Source of the DNA: Candidatus Bathyarchaeota archaeon
Lineage (GTDB): Archaea > Thermoproteota > Bathyarchaeia > Bathyarchaeales > Bathycorpusculaceae
Assembly (NCBI GenBank): GCA_963780185.1
Contig: CAWABA010000001.1
Location: 224,001 to 288,000 of the forward strand
Length of the DNA stretch: 64,000 nucleotides
Direction of reading: 5' to 3'
In this document: one piece after another, positions 40,120 to 52,145 of the stretch
Numbering within the stretch: position 1 is the first letter of the stretch
How the letters are laid out: every line of letters starts with the position of its first letter
Program-made: the position numbers and the translations under genes
Notes under the pieces: generated by a model
What the model saw: the letters and a program-made list of their open reading frames with translations, nothing else
The model's database searches: none
What the model was told of the DNA's origin: nothing

Positions 40120-41164
40120 CTAGGACTCCGAGTTTTCATATAGCATTCGATTTGCCAACTTATGTCTAATATCTAGGAGGTCTCTTAAAACTGCACTGGC
40201 AGTCTCGATTCCGCCTGCGCCCTTGCCAATGATGGTTTCTTCGCCCGCATATTCAGTGAAGAAAGTTACTGCGTTCAAGACTCCGCTCACGCAAAGGGGG
40301 CTGTTTTTCGCTATTTCCATAGGTTTCACTGATGGCTCCGTCGCTGTCAACTGAGCCGATGAGTTTGATTGTGTTTCCTCTCTTTGACGCTTCATCAAGC
40401 GCCTCCAGCGAAACTCCGCGGATACCCGTGATATCAACGTCTTTAAGAGTAATTTTCTTGTTGAGTATCCAGTTCGCCAAGATGACTACTTTGCATGCGG
40501 CGTCGAATCCGTCAACATCCATCGATGGCTCCCGTTCAGCGTACCCGAGCTTCTGAGCGTTCGTCAAGGCTTCTTGGAAGGTTATGCGGTTTTGAGCCAT
40601 TTCAGTCAGGATGTAGTTGGTTGTGCCGTTTAGGATGCCTCGTATGGCTAAGATTTTGTCTCCTGCCAAGCAACGTTTCGCAAATTCGAGGACGGGTGTT
40701 CCGCCGCCGACGGTTCCGCTGAATCGAAGATACACGTTGTTGTATTCTGCGAGTTCCGTGAGGGCTGGCATGGCTAAGGCTAAGGGTCCTTTGTTGGTTG
40801 TGACGACGTGTTTTCCTGTTTTGAAGGCTTTAGTTATGTGGGATAGGGCTGGCTCAGCGTTTTTGATGTTGACAGGTGTTACTTCCACAACTACTTCTGC
40901 CTCAACCGACTCGATAACATCTGACACCGACATTCCCGGGTGACCAAACTCAGGGTCTTTAGATATCGGGAAACCTCTTTGCCTGATTTCAGCTAGTTTT
41001 TCTGGGCTAAGACCTTTCGGGTTTATGACTGCGCCGTCTATGTCCGCTATGGCGACGATTTTTGGGTTAAACCCGTAATCCTTAGTTTTCTCCACATACC
41101 TCTTCGCCAAAATGGTGGTAACGCTTTTCCCAACTACTCCGAAGCCGACTAAGATTATCCTCAT
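40120..41164 (-). CDS. hom: Homoserine dehydrogenase; frameshift near 40338
   Basis: GFGVVG, TNKGPL, GILNGTTNYIL, DVDGFDAACK, then GKGAGGIETASAV in the second frame. Confidence 0.9.
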
Positions 41165-41171
41165 TTCATCT

Positions 41172-42422
41172 TCACCTTGCAAGAATGACTCTTTGAGTTT
41201 TCAACCCCAGAGCCTGCTCAATCGTCATCATGTCCGCGTCTACCTCAACAGGCTTCTCACATTGTTTTATGGCTGTGTCTGGGTCTTTTAAGCCGTGCCC
41301 CGTGGTTATGCATACAACTCTCTCGTCCTTGTCTATAACGCCGTTCTGAACCAGCTTCTTTAGTCCCGCGATTGACGAGGCGCTTGCAGGCTCCACAAAG
41401 ATGCCTTCGATTCGCGCCAGCATCTTCTGTGCATCCAAAATTTCGTCGTCGGTAACGGTTTCAGCGGTGCCGTGCGATTCGCGGATGGCGTTGACGGCTT
41501 TTTTCCAGCTTACAGGAGCGCCAATTCGGATGGCTGTGGCGACTGTTTCAGGATGTTCAACAGGAATGATTTTGTCGCTGTTGGTTTTGATTGCTTGCGC
41601 GATGGGCGCCGACCCAGTTGCCTGTATGCCCGTCATCTTCGGCAGTTTCTTTATGAATCCCAGCTTGTGGAATTCGGTTAAGCCTTTCCAGACTGCGCTT
41701 ATGTTTCCCGCGTTGCCGACGGGTATTATGATTCTGTCTGGGACTTCGTAGTTGAGTTGCTCGCAGATTTCGTAGCCTAACGATTTTTGTCCTTCAATGC
41801 GGAACGGGTTAATTGAGTTAAGTAGGTAAATGCTCTTGTGTTTCTCCGCCAGCTTGAGGACGAATTCTAAGGATTGGTCAAAGTTTCCGCGGACTTGCAG
41901 GACTTTGGCGCCGTGGATCATGGCTTGCGCGAGTTTGCCGTAGGCAATCTTGCCTGAGGGAATTAGAACGGTGCATTTTATTCCTGCCCTTGCAGCATAA
42001 GCAGCTAAGCTGGCGCTGGTGTTTCCTGTTGAAGCGCAAATCACATGTCTGGCTCCAAGCTCGACGGCTTTTGTGACTCCGACGGTCATGCCTCGGTCTT
42101 TGAAGCTGCCTGTGGGGTTCTCGCCTTCATTTTTAACGTACACTTCTTTGAGCCCTACTTCTTCGCCCAGATGACGGGAACGATGCAAGCCAGTTCCTCC
42201 TTCGCCAAGCGTGACTACATTTGCGGTTTCATGTATGGGCATGAAGTCGCGGTACCGCCAAACGGAGAGAGGCTTTGTTTTCCAGTCGCTGCCTTTGAGG
42301 GTTTGCGCTAGCTCTTTGAAATCAAATTTTATCTCTAGAATGTCTCCGCATTTTTTGCAGAAGTAGACAATCTCGTCGATGTCGTATCTTGTTTTGCAGT
42401 TAATACATTCTTGATGTACCAT
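41172..42422 (-). CDS. thrC: Threonine synthase
   Basis: NPTGSFKDRG, ASTGNTSAS, PVGNAGN, TGHGLKD. Confidence 0.95.
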   Translation of the reverse strand: MVHQECINCKTRYDIDEIVYFCKKCGDILEIKFDFKELAQTLKGSDWKTKPLSVWRYRDFMPIHETANVVTLGEGGTGLHRSRHLGEEVGLKEVYVKNEGENPTGSFKDRGMTVGVTKAVELGARHVICASTGNTSASLAAYAARAGIKCTVLIPSGKIAYGKLAQAMIHGAKVLQVRGNFDQSLEFVLKLAEKHKSIYLLNSINPFRIEGQKSLGYEICEQLNYEVPDRIIIPVGNAGNISAVWKGLTEFHKLGFIKKLPKMTGIQATGSAPIAQAIKTNSDKIIPVEHPETVATAIRIGAPVSWKKAVNAIRESHGTAETVTDDEILDAQKMLARIEGIFVEPASASSIAGLKKLVQNGVIDKDERVVCITTGHGLKDPDTAIKQCEKPVEVDADMMTIEQALGLKTQRVILAR

Positions 42423-42521
42423 CTTGTTAGGTCTCCCTTTGGCAAGCGCCTTAGCTACGTTAATGAAGGCTTCTGTGAATTATCTACTCAGACGTTATTA
42501 ATTTTGTTGCTTGCATTCCCA

Positions 42522-43100
42522 CTAGCCTACAAGGTTGGATAAGGTTTCATAGACTTTCAAGCTGTCTTTTTTCTCAATAACAATGATAGTTTCAGTCCAG
42601 CAGGAAATGAACTCAACGATGTTCACGCTTTGCTCAGCCAACAGAGTAGCTATGAATGAGACAACTCCAGGCGTAGCCTCCAACTCCTCAGGCGAATGCA
42701 CAACAATCATGGTGCAGTTGTCATGTTTCATGAGGGCGTTTACTCGTTCAGGCAAATCGCTTCTGTCAAGCAAATAAACGAATTTATCAAGCAAATCCAC
42801 CTTCATGCCCGTTTTGGAATTAAATTCTTTACCCGTGATTATAACGGATTTGCGGTCGTACACGGCTATGCTGCTGCGTTTGAGAAGAAGAAGCACTTTT
42901 TCTTCTCTTTTCTGCTTGTGCTTCTGCAGCTCCTCCGAGTAGCGGCGCAGAGCGGCTTTTATCGCGCTTGGGTCATTGGTTTTTAGTTCTTTCTGTATCT
43001 GCCTTGCCAACTCGCTGAGGTTCACGATGCCTTTTTCGAGGGCTTCAAGTAGGTAAGGCTTGTTTTTTAGGTAATTTCTGACTCTTTGAGCTACACTCAT
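42522..43100 (-). CDS. Protein with putative N-terminal HTH and C-terminal ACT domain
   Basis: NLSELARQI...SAIKAALRRY helix pair; ATPGVV...VNIVEFISCWTE ACT-like C-terminus. Confidence 0.75.
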   Translation of the reverse strand: MSVAQRVRNYLKNKPYLLEALEKGIVNLSELARQIQKELKTNDPSAIKAALRRYSEELQKHKQKREEKVLLLLKRSSIAVYDRKSVIITGKEFNSKTGMKVDLLDKFVYLLDRSDLPERVNALMKHDNCTMIVVHSPEELEATPGVVSFIATLLAEQSVNIVEFISCWTETIIVIEKKDSLKVYETLSNLVG

Positions 43101-43115
43101 GTCACTCCAAGATGT

Positions 43116-43168
43116 ATCAAATGGGACATTTAAGTTTTCTTAAGTAACAAAAAAGTCACAAGGTTTAA
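43116..43168 (+). promoter_or_regulatory. Bipartite operator/promoter element, copy 2 (between the HTH-ACT gene and argG)
   Basis: ATCAAATGGGACATT-N13-GTAACAAAAAAGTCACAAGGTTTAA. Confidence 0.8.
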
Positions 43169-43226
43169 GAAGACAGGGTTCGAGGTTAGGGAAACAGTCC
43201 TAGCCAAAAAAAGGGGGAGCAAAAAA

Positions 43227-44457
43227 ATAACTGAAAAAATAGTGTTAGCTTACTCAGGCGGATTAGACACATCCGTGCTAGTCAAGTATCTCCAAGAAAA
43301 ATATGATGCACAAGTAATTACTGTTACCGTTGATGTTGGCCAACAGGAAGATCTGAAAGCAGCTGGCGAAAAAGCCAAGAAACTCGGGGTTTTGAAGCAT
43401 TTCTCAATCGATGCGAAAGACGAGTTCGCAAAAGACTACATTTTCCCAGCCATAAAAGCCAACGCCCTCTACGAGGGAAAATACCCGATAAGCACAAGTC
43501 TCTCGCGTCCGCTCATTGCGGCAAAGATGGTTGAAGTCGCTGAAAAAGAAGGCGCAACAGCTCTGGCGCACGGCTGCACAGGCAGAGGAAACGACCAAGT
43601 GCGCTTCGACGTAACCCTCGGCTCTTTGGCACCTGGCAGAAAAATCATTGCGCCCGTGCGTGAATGGGGAATGACCCGTGAAGAAGAAATCGCTTACGCA
43701 AAAACCAAAGGCATCCCTGTCAGCAACGCAGCCAAAAAATACAGCATAGATGCAAGCGTCTGGGGAAGAGCCATCGAATGCGGTTTGCTTGAAGATGCAA
43801 GCCAAGCGCCTCCTGAAGACGCCTACGAATGGACAATTTCACCTGAAAAAGCGCCAAACACAGCCGGAAATTCGTCACTATACAATTTGAGGCTGGCGTG
43901 CCCGTGGCAGTAAACGGCAAATCCATGTTGCCTCTGGAGCTTATTGAGGAAATGAATAAGATTGCTGGCAGAAACGGCGTTGGCAGAATCGACCACATCG
44001 AAGACCGGCTTGTCGGCATAAAGTCAAGGGAAGTTTACGAGTGCCCAGCCGCGACCGTGATTTTGGAAGCTCATAAAGACCTTGAAAAAATGGTTATGAC
44101 TCGGCATCAAGTTCTGTTTAAGCAGCAAATTGATGCGGAATGGGTGTTCTTGGCTTACGCGGGTTTATGGGTTGACCCGCTTAAAGACGACTTGGATGCA
44201 TTCATCAACAAGTCGCAGGAAAACGTGACTGGCGAAGTTAAGCTTAAGCTGTACAAGGGCAGCATGCAGGTTATCGGACGTTCCTCGGCAATGTCGCTCT
44301 ATGACAAGAACCTGGCGAACTACAACATCAAAACCAGCTTTTGACCAGTCGTACTCGCAAGGGCTTTATTGAACTGTGGGGGCTCCAAACAAGAATGTAC
44401 AATGCCCTCAAGAAAACCAGCAAAAAACCCGCTGAGAAAGGCAAGAAAACCAAGTAG
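43227..44457 (+). CDS. argG: Argininosuccinate synthase; frameshifts near 43865, 44340, 44358
   Basis: [49 protein letters not shown]. Confidence 0.92.
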
Positions 44458-44484
44458 TAAACCTGGAAACGGAGAAGCTGAGAA

Positions 44485-46004
44485 GTGTCGAAGATACTGC
44501 ATGGTGGGCGGCTCTCGTCTATGCGTGAAGACGTAGCAAAGTTTACTTCTTCCCGAAAAGACGACGAACGCTTAGCCAACGCGGTAGTCGACATCAACCT
44601 AGCCCACGTTGTAATGCTCATAGAGCAGAAAATAATTCAGCCGCAAGATGGAGGCAAAATCCTCAAAGCCCTCCAAAAACTCGCAAACGCCCCGCTTGAC
44701 CCTGCAGCTGAAGACGTTCACATGGCGGTTGAAGAAGCCGTCCTCAAAGCGACAGGACCAGAAGTCGGCGGAAACCTTCACATCGCAAAAAGCAGAAACG
44801 ACCAAGTCACAACAGCCATTCGCATGCAGCTCCGAAATGAACTCGTCGGGCTTATGCTTCAGGTGCTTCAAATGCAGGAAAGCCTCTTGGAAGCCGCGGG
44901 TAAACACGTCGACACCGTCATTTTGGAGTACACTCACTTGCAGGCGGCGCAACCCGTCACGTTCGCCCACTACCTGCTATCACACGTTCAAGCTTTGGAA
45001 CGGGACTTGAAGCGGCTTGTAAGGCGCTTATGAACGGGTTAACCTGTGTCCTCTTGGCGCAGGCGCGTTGGCCACGACAAGTTTTCCGATAAACCGTGAA
45101 AGAACCGCCGCCCTCTTGGGGTTCAATTCGGTGCTGGAGAACTCGATTGACGCGGTTGGCAGCCGAGACTTCATCCTTGAAACTCAAGGCGCACTCACCC
45201 TGCTGGCGATAAATCTGAGTCGTCTGGCGGAGGATTTGATAATTTGGAGTTCACAAGAGTTCGGCACGGTTGAGTTGCCTGACGAATTCACCTCTACAAG
45301 CAGCATTATGCCGCAGAAGAAGAATCCTGAGGTGCTCGAAGTGATTCGTGCAAGAGCCAGCTACGCCCTTGGCGATTTCGTAGCCTCAGCCGCAGCCCTC
45401 AAAAGCCTGCCGACAGTTTACAACTTGGATTTTCAAGAGGTAACACCCAAACTTTGGGCTTCAACAAACAACCTCTCCAGCCTCACTTGCCATATTCACT
45501 TCGCTTATCCCCCAGCTTAAGGTGTCCTCAAACGTAGAAGCCAAAGCCGCGGCATCCTTCGCGGGTGCAACGGAGCTTGCAAACATGCTTGTACTGAAGT
45601 ACAATGTTGCGTTCCGAACGTCGCATAAGATTGTGGGTGCTCTTGTTAAGTCGCTTGTTGATTCAAAGAAGACTTTGCTGGATGCAACGCCCCAACTGCT
45701 TCAGACGATAGCTCAGGAAGCTGCAGGCGTAAAGTTGTCTGTTAAAATGGAAGACATCGTTGACTGCACGGATCCCCGCAAACTAGTCGAAACATATAAG
45801 GTGCTTGGGGGGCCTTCAGCCGTCGAGGTTGAAAGAAGCATAAAAACAAGCAAGAAAAACATGGCAGATGCCAAAAGCAACATAGTTAAACTTAAAAACA
45901 AGATTGCAGATGCACAAAGGAACCTTAACAGCGTCGCGGAATCTTACACTTCAAACACGCGGTCCGTAACTGAAAACGTAAGATTTAAAAATCCAAACTT
46001 ATAG
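44485..46004 (+). CDS. argH: Argininosuccinate lyase; frameshifts near 45018 and 45485-45515
   Basis: [36 protein letters not shown]. Confidence 0.92.
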
Positions 46005-46005
46005 G

Positions 46006-47164
46006 TTGAATAGGGCTTTGGTCCCACAACATAGCACGTTCGAAAAAAGTAAAAAAGCAATTCTGCTTCTCGAAGACGGAACGTCATTTGTCGGTAACGG
46101 TTTTGGAGCAACAGGAAAAATCTCAGGCGAGGTTGTTTTCTCAACTCAGATGGTTGGCTATCCAGAAGCGTTAACTGACCCATCGTATAAAGGTCAAGTT
46201 TTAACCCTGACTTACCCGATGATAGGCAACTACGGCGTTCCATCAAACGAGTTGAACCTTGGCTTACCGCTTTACTTTGAATCAGACCACATTCAAGTTC
46301 AAGGATTAGTAATCCACGAATTATGCCACCAACCTTTCCATTGGGCATCAACAAGAACCCTGGACAAGTGGCTGCTTGACGAAGGCATCCCCGGAATATA
46401 CGGCGTAGACACTCGGCGCCTAACAAAGAAACTGAGAACCCACGGTGTCATGCTGGGGGTTCTGCAGGTTTTCGATGAGGGCGAAAAACCAGATTTGGAA
46501 GCCGTCCTAAAAGACGGGAAAAACATAGCTGATCCCAACTTGACCGACTTAGTTAAGGAAGTGTCCGTGAAGCAACCCGTCAAGTATGAGTGTAGATGGC
46601 AGAAAAACCGTTGTTTTAATTGACTGCGGAGTAAAATACAGCATCATCCGCAACCTGCTTAAACGAGGCATAAACGTTGTCCGCGTGCCCTATGACACTT
46701 CAGCCAGTGAAGTTTTAGCTTACAACCCCGACGGCGTCTTCCTAAGCAACGGACCAGGCGACCCGAAAAAATGCGTGAAAACAATCAACTGCGTCCGCGA
46801 AGTAGTCGACAAAGTTCCGTTCATGGGCATCTGCCTTGGCGCCCAAATCCTTGCATTGGCTATGGGAGGCGATACGTACAAGTTGAAGTTCGGTCACCGC
46901 GCACAGAACCAGCCCGCTCTTGACCTGAGCAGTCAGAGATGCTACATCACAACTCAAAATCACGGTTACGCAGTCAACATCGAATCCCTAAAGAAAACCC
47001 CGCTTGAAACATGGTTCCTAAACCCCAACGACAAAACAACGGAAGGCGTCAAACACAAAAACAAACCCGTCTTCGCGGTGCAGTGGCACCCTGAAGCTTC
47101 TCCGGGACCATACGACACCGAGTTGCTGTTTGACAAATTCGCCAAAACCTTGGAGGCTCCTTAA
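46006..47164 (+). CDS. carA: Carbamoyl-phosphate synthase small chain; frameshift near 46588
   Basis: GYPEALTDPSY, SNGPGDP, GICLG, QNHG, QWHPE. Confidence 0.93.
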
Positions 47165-50100
47165 ATGCCGAAGTTTGACTGGATTAAGAAGGTGCTGGTT
47201 CTCGGAAGTGGCGCCATAAAAATCGGGGAAGCAGCCGAATTTGACTATTCAGGAAGCCAATGCCTCAAGGCTCTCAAAGAAGAAGGCATAGAAACCGTTT
47301 TGGTTAACCCTAACATAGCGACTATTCAGACTGACCCGCGGCTCTCAGGAAAAGTCTACCTTTTACCCGTTACACCCGAATACGTCGAGCGCGTTATCGA
47401 GAAAGAACGTCCCGACGGTATCCTGCTGGGTTTCGGCGGACAAACCGCCCTTAACTGCGGTCTCGAACTTGACAAGAAAGGCATTCTGCAGAAGTATAAC
47501 GTTAAGGTTTTAGGTACTCCCATTCACTCGATTGAAGATACAGGTGACCGCGAACGGTTCCGCCAAGCGATGCTTAAAGCAGATGTTCCGCCCCTTAACA
47601 GCAAGTCAGCCACCACCGTTGAGCAAGCTTTGAACGTGGCGGCAGAGATCGGTTACCCCGTCATCGTTCGTGTTGCTTATACTCTCGGCGGCAAAGGCGC
47701 AGGTGTATGCCGCAACCCTGAGGAACTCAAGGAAACTGCCACGCGCGGGTTGGCTCAGAGCAGAATCAGCCAGATACTTATTGAAGAGTATGTTGGGCAC
47801 TGGAAAGAAGTCGAATACGAGGTTATGCGTGACTACGCAGACAACTGCTTAACGGTCTGCAACATGGAGAACTTTGACCCGATGGGCGTCCACACGGGAG
47901 ACTCAATCGTTGTTGCACCGTCGCAGACCATGAGCAACCGCGAATATCACCTTATCCGCTCAACCTCAATAAACGCCATACGCGCCCTGGGTATTGTGGG
48001 CGAATGCAACATACAGTGGGCTCTGCATCCACGCTCTGAAGAGTACCGTGTCATCGAAGTTAACTCACGCATGTCCCGAAGCAGCGCGTTAGCCAGCAAA
48101 GTCACAGGCTACCCGTTGGCGTACATCGCCACGAAGCTCACTTTGGGTTACTTGCTTCCTGAACTCATCAACAAAGTAACCGAAGTCACAACCGCCTGCT
48201 TCGAACCCGCCCTGGACTACATAACCGTGAAGATTCCGCGTTGGGACCTGCAGAAATTCAAGAACGCTGACCGCCATGTTGGTCCCCAGATGCGTTCCGT
48301 CGGCGAAGTGATGGCTATCGGACGCTGCTTTGAAGAGGCACTGCAGAAAGCCGTCCGCATGCTCGACACAGGCAAAATAGGTTTGGTATGCAACCCTGAA
48401 GATGACGAACCTGAAAGCGAGGCGCGGATACGCGATGCAGTCGAAAACCCCACTGACGAACGGCTCTACAAGCTTGTTAAAGCCCTGAAAATGGGCATAT
48501 CCGTCGCTGAAATTTACCGTTTAAGCGGCGTCGACCCATTCTTTCTCTACAAAATCCAAAACATCATCGACATGGAAACCAAGCTGCGCGGGTTAAACTT
48601 GGCTGATGATTCGGCGGCGGAAGTGATCCGTGAAGCTAAACGCTTAGGTTTCTCAGATGAGCAAATCGCTGTCTGCCAAAAGACCGATGAATTCACAATC
48701 AGGGGCTATCGCAAGGGCGCAAACATAGTTCCAGTTATCAAACAGATTGACACGTTGGCGGCGGAGTGGCCTGCAAAAACCAACTATCTCTACTTGACCT
48801 ACGGCGGCGACGAAGACGACATCGAACTGAAAAACGACGTAAGCAAAGTCATCGTGCTTGGCGCAGGCGTTTTTCGGATAGGTTCAAGCGTCGAGTTTGA
48901 CTGGTGCGGCGTAAACACGATTTGGGCGCTGAAGAAGAACGGTATCCAAGAAGCAATCATGGTTAACTACAACCCTGAAACCGTCTCCACCGACTACGAC
49001 GTGTCCGACAAACTATACTTCGAAGAACTCTCAATCGAACGCATACTGGACATTTACGAGAAAGAGAACCCGATGGGCGTCATCACCAGCGTCGGCGGAC
49101 AAATCCCAAACAACCTTGCAATGGGGCTTTCCCAAAAAGGCGTCAAACTTCTGGGCACCTCAGCTGAAAACGTTGATTTAGCTGAAGACCGCTCAAAATT
49201 CAGCGCACTTCTGGATCAACTTCAAATCTGCCAGCCAAGCTGGAGTAAACTCCTCTCCATCAGCGAGGCGAAGCGGTTTGCGGAAAAGATCGGTTACCCC
49301 GTTCTTGTGCGTCCAAGCTACGTGCTGTCAGGTTCAGCTATGCGTGTGGCTTACAATGAGACAGCGCTTGAGAACTTTTTGAAGTTAGCGGCGAAGGTTT
49401 CACGTGACCACCCCGTTGTCATCAGCAAATTCATCGACCACGCCAAAGAGGTTGAGGTAGACGGGGTTTCAGACGGAGAAAACGTCCTTATCGGCGCCAT
49501 CATGGAGCATGTGGAGTACGCGGGCGTGCACAGCGGCGACGCAACCATGACTATCCCGCCTCAGGCACTAAAGGTTGAGGTTCAGCAGAACATCGCGAAC
49601 TGCACGGAACGTATCGTCAGAGCGCTTAACATCCATGGACCCTACAACATCCAGTACCTGGTTAAAGACGACGTCGTCAACGTCATCGAATGCAACCTCC
49701 GCGCATCCCGATCAATGCCCTTCGTCAGCAAAACAAGAGGAATAAACCTGATTGAGCTGGCGACTTTGGCGATGCTGGGCAAAAAAATCGACGTGCTCAA
49801 ACTGTCGCCTATGACCACGGCTAAACACGTCGGCGTGAAGGTTCCTCAGTTCAGTTTCATGCGTTTAGCGGTGCTGATCCTGTGTTGGGCGTTGAAATGC
49901 TTAGCACAGGCGAGGTCGCTTGTTTAGGTGAAAACTTCTCCGATGCCTTCTCCAAGGCGCTGCGTTCCGCGGAATTCAGCATACCTGACAGGGACGGCTC
50001 GGTTTTCATAAGCGTCGGCGGCAGCATCGAACGCAAAAAGAGAGTCGTGCCTATCGCCCAGGCTTTTGTGGACTTGGGCTTCAAGATCTACGCGACGGAC

Positions 50101-50439
50101 CACACGGCTGACGTGCTTTGCGGTTCAGGCGTTGCTGCTGTAAAGCTCTTTAAGGTGAAGGAGGCTGGGGCTACGCCTAACGTGTTGGATTATTTGCAGG
50201 AACGCAAAATCGATTTGGTCATCAACGTGCCTATGGCTAATCGGCAGACCAGCATCAGCGAAATCTTGACCGATGGCTACATTATTCGGCGTCAAGCCGT
50301 AGAATTCAACGTGCCCGTCATAACTAACCTGCAGTTAGCCGCCGCTCTCGTCGAAGTGCTTAAGCATAAAAGCAAGAACGGCACCACTATCCGTAGCCTA
50401 AACGAGTACATGGATGATTTGCCCTGGAAAATGTGGTAG
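47165..50439 (+). CDS. carB: Carbamoyl-phosphate synthase large chain; frameshift near 49868
   Basis: GEAAEFDYSG, IEVNSRMSRSS, NYNPETVSTD, LGVEM.STGEVA and an MGS domain. Confidence 0.95.
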
Positions 50440-50516
50440 CTCAACCCCGTTTTTTAGGAGTTTTGCACGCAATGTTTTATCAATCAACGCCTCCATAATT
50501 ACCCGCGGCGAAAGTT

Positions 50517-51050
50517 GTGCTTTACAAAACCGCTACATTGAAAAATGGGCAAACTGCGTCTTTGAGTTGGCTCTCTGAAGCTGACCTTGCCGAAGTCGTT
50601 GCGGCTCTCAACAGCGTGATTCGAGAACAAAAGTATCTGCTGCAGGTCAACGAGATACGTGACCTTGACGCTGAGCGGCGCTGGTTTTTGGATGCGGAAG
50701 AAGCTGGGATGCGTTACCTCGTTGCCCGAGTAGACGGCAAAGTAGTCGGCGGAGCAAACATAGCGCCCCGCGCAGGCAAAAGAAGCCACATCGCCGAATT
50801 CGGCATCTACATAATCAAAAGCCACCGCGACCTCGGACTCGGAACCATCCTAACCAAAGCATTCATCGACTTCGCCAAAAAAAGCCAATTCGAAATCATC
50901 CAACTATCCCTATTCTCCACCAACAAACGCGCACTGCACGTCTACAAAAAATGCGGCTTCAGAAAAATCGGAAAACTAACCCACGACATCAAACTCCCCG
51001 ACCAAACCTACACCGACAGAATCATAATGGAACAACTCCTAACCCACTAG
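50517..51050 (+). CDS. GNAT family N-acetyltransferase
   Basis: HRDLGLGT, N..ALHVYKKCGF. Confidence 0.88.
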   Translation: MLYKTATLKNGQTASLSWLSEADLAEVVAALNSVIREQKYLLQVNEIRDLDAERRWFLDAEEAGMRYLVARVDGKVVGGANIAPRAGKRSHIAEFGIYIIKSHRDLGLGTILTKAFIDFAKKSQFEIIQLSLFSTNKRALHVYKKCGFRKIGKLTHDIKLPDQTYTDRIIMEQLLTH

Positions 51051-51295
51051 CCTTTCCTAATTCTGGGATTCCGTGAAGCCTTAAACAAGAACCCTTTTAA
51101 AAGCTTTCATAAAAACGATTCAAGGAAGCTTTTCTTTTATTCTTCTTGTTGGTGTGCTATTGCAGTCACAAACTTTAATTAGTTTTCATTGAAAATTCAA
51201 ATACAGATTAATGAGTCACAGGCTCTTTATTGCTGAGATAATTAACTATTAATTTGCTAAGTTCGCAAAACTTAAATACCAAGAGGGTTTAAACC

Positions 51296-51613
51296 TTGAA
51301 ACTCGATAAGAAAACAGCAAGGGAAAAAAAGAAGAGAGAGAATATGCCGCTCTTGGTTGAAACGCCTAATTCCGAACCAAACATGTCGCAACAACGTGAA
51401 AATCTGCGAGCCGATTACAAGTGGATTTCCACACAAGAAGAAACTTTGCGTAAAAAATACCTTAACAAGTACGTTGCAGTTAAAAACAAAGAAGTTTTGT
51501 TTGCTGATGACAATGCTTACACGCTGATTGATAATCTTAAAGCTAAAGGCATCTCAGTCAGCAATACCGCCATAAAATTCCTTAGCGACCACCCTACTTG
51601 TTTCCTACTGTAG
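51296..51613 (+). CDS. Small DUF5678-like protein
   Basis: W.....LRKKYLNKYVAVKNKEVL..D pattern. Confidence 0.65.
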   Translation: MKLDKKTAREKKKRENMPLLVETPNSEPNMSQQRENLRADYKWISTQEETLRKKYLNKYVAVKNKEVLFADDNAYTLIDNLKAKGISVSNTAIKFLSDHPTCFLL

Positions 51614-51697
51614 AGCGCTTTTTTTGTCTGTAATAGCTGATATTTACCCCAGTTCGCCTGCTCGCCACCAAATTGGCACGCGCAAATAATTGGCACT

Positions 51698-52114
51698 TTG
51701 AAATGTGCTTGTTTACATAGAGTTAATTCGGAAAACATTACCTTTTTTGTGGATTCAGGCTCATCCGTTACCACCTTGTTGCCTTTTGATGTCGATAGAC
51801 TCGGAATAGACTATAATGCGTTACGCTATGCAGACGATCCATGCACTACTGCAACGGGCGAAAGAGTTTTCCCAAAAATCCTACCAAAAGTAGAATTAAC
51901 CCTAAATTCGTTTGATGCGAACGGTAAAAGCAAAGAGGATATTTTTGTTCTGCCCTACGTTAACTGTATGAAACCGCCTCAGGCACTTGACAGACGACTT
52001 CCCTCTGAAATTTTCACATACAGCCTATTGGGTATGGATGTTCTCCATAATTTTAGAGAGTGGCATTGGGATTTTGATGCTGGAGAATTGCGTCTAAGTT
52101 ATAACACTAAATGA
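51698..52114 (+). CDS. Retropepsin-like (clan AA) aspartic protease
   Basis: FFVDSGSSVT, TATG flap, LLGMDVL; start uncertain. Confidence 0.8.
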   Translation: MKCACLHRVNSENITFFVDSGSSVTTLLPFDVDRLGIDYNALRYADDPCTTATGERVFPKILPKVELTLNSFDANGKSKEDIFVLPYVNCMKPPQALDRRLPSEIFTYSLLGMDVLHNFREWHWDFDAGELRLSYNTK

Positions 52115-52145
52115 ATGAGCGCAAATTGAAAGACATCTAAATTGC

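Noticed and set aside
42448-42520. Thr leader peptide (MQATKLITSE) or a GAAGCCTT...TAAGGC motif shared with 56247-56280
   Set aside because: The uORF overlaps the likely TATA box and has only two Thr codons; the shared hairpin lies on different sides of the predicted start sites and has different spacing
46560-49900. Programmed ribosomal frameshifting in carA or carB
   Set aside because: No slippery heptamer or stimulatory structure is evident, and similar indels hit many unrelated genes
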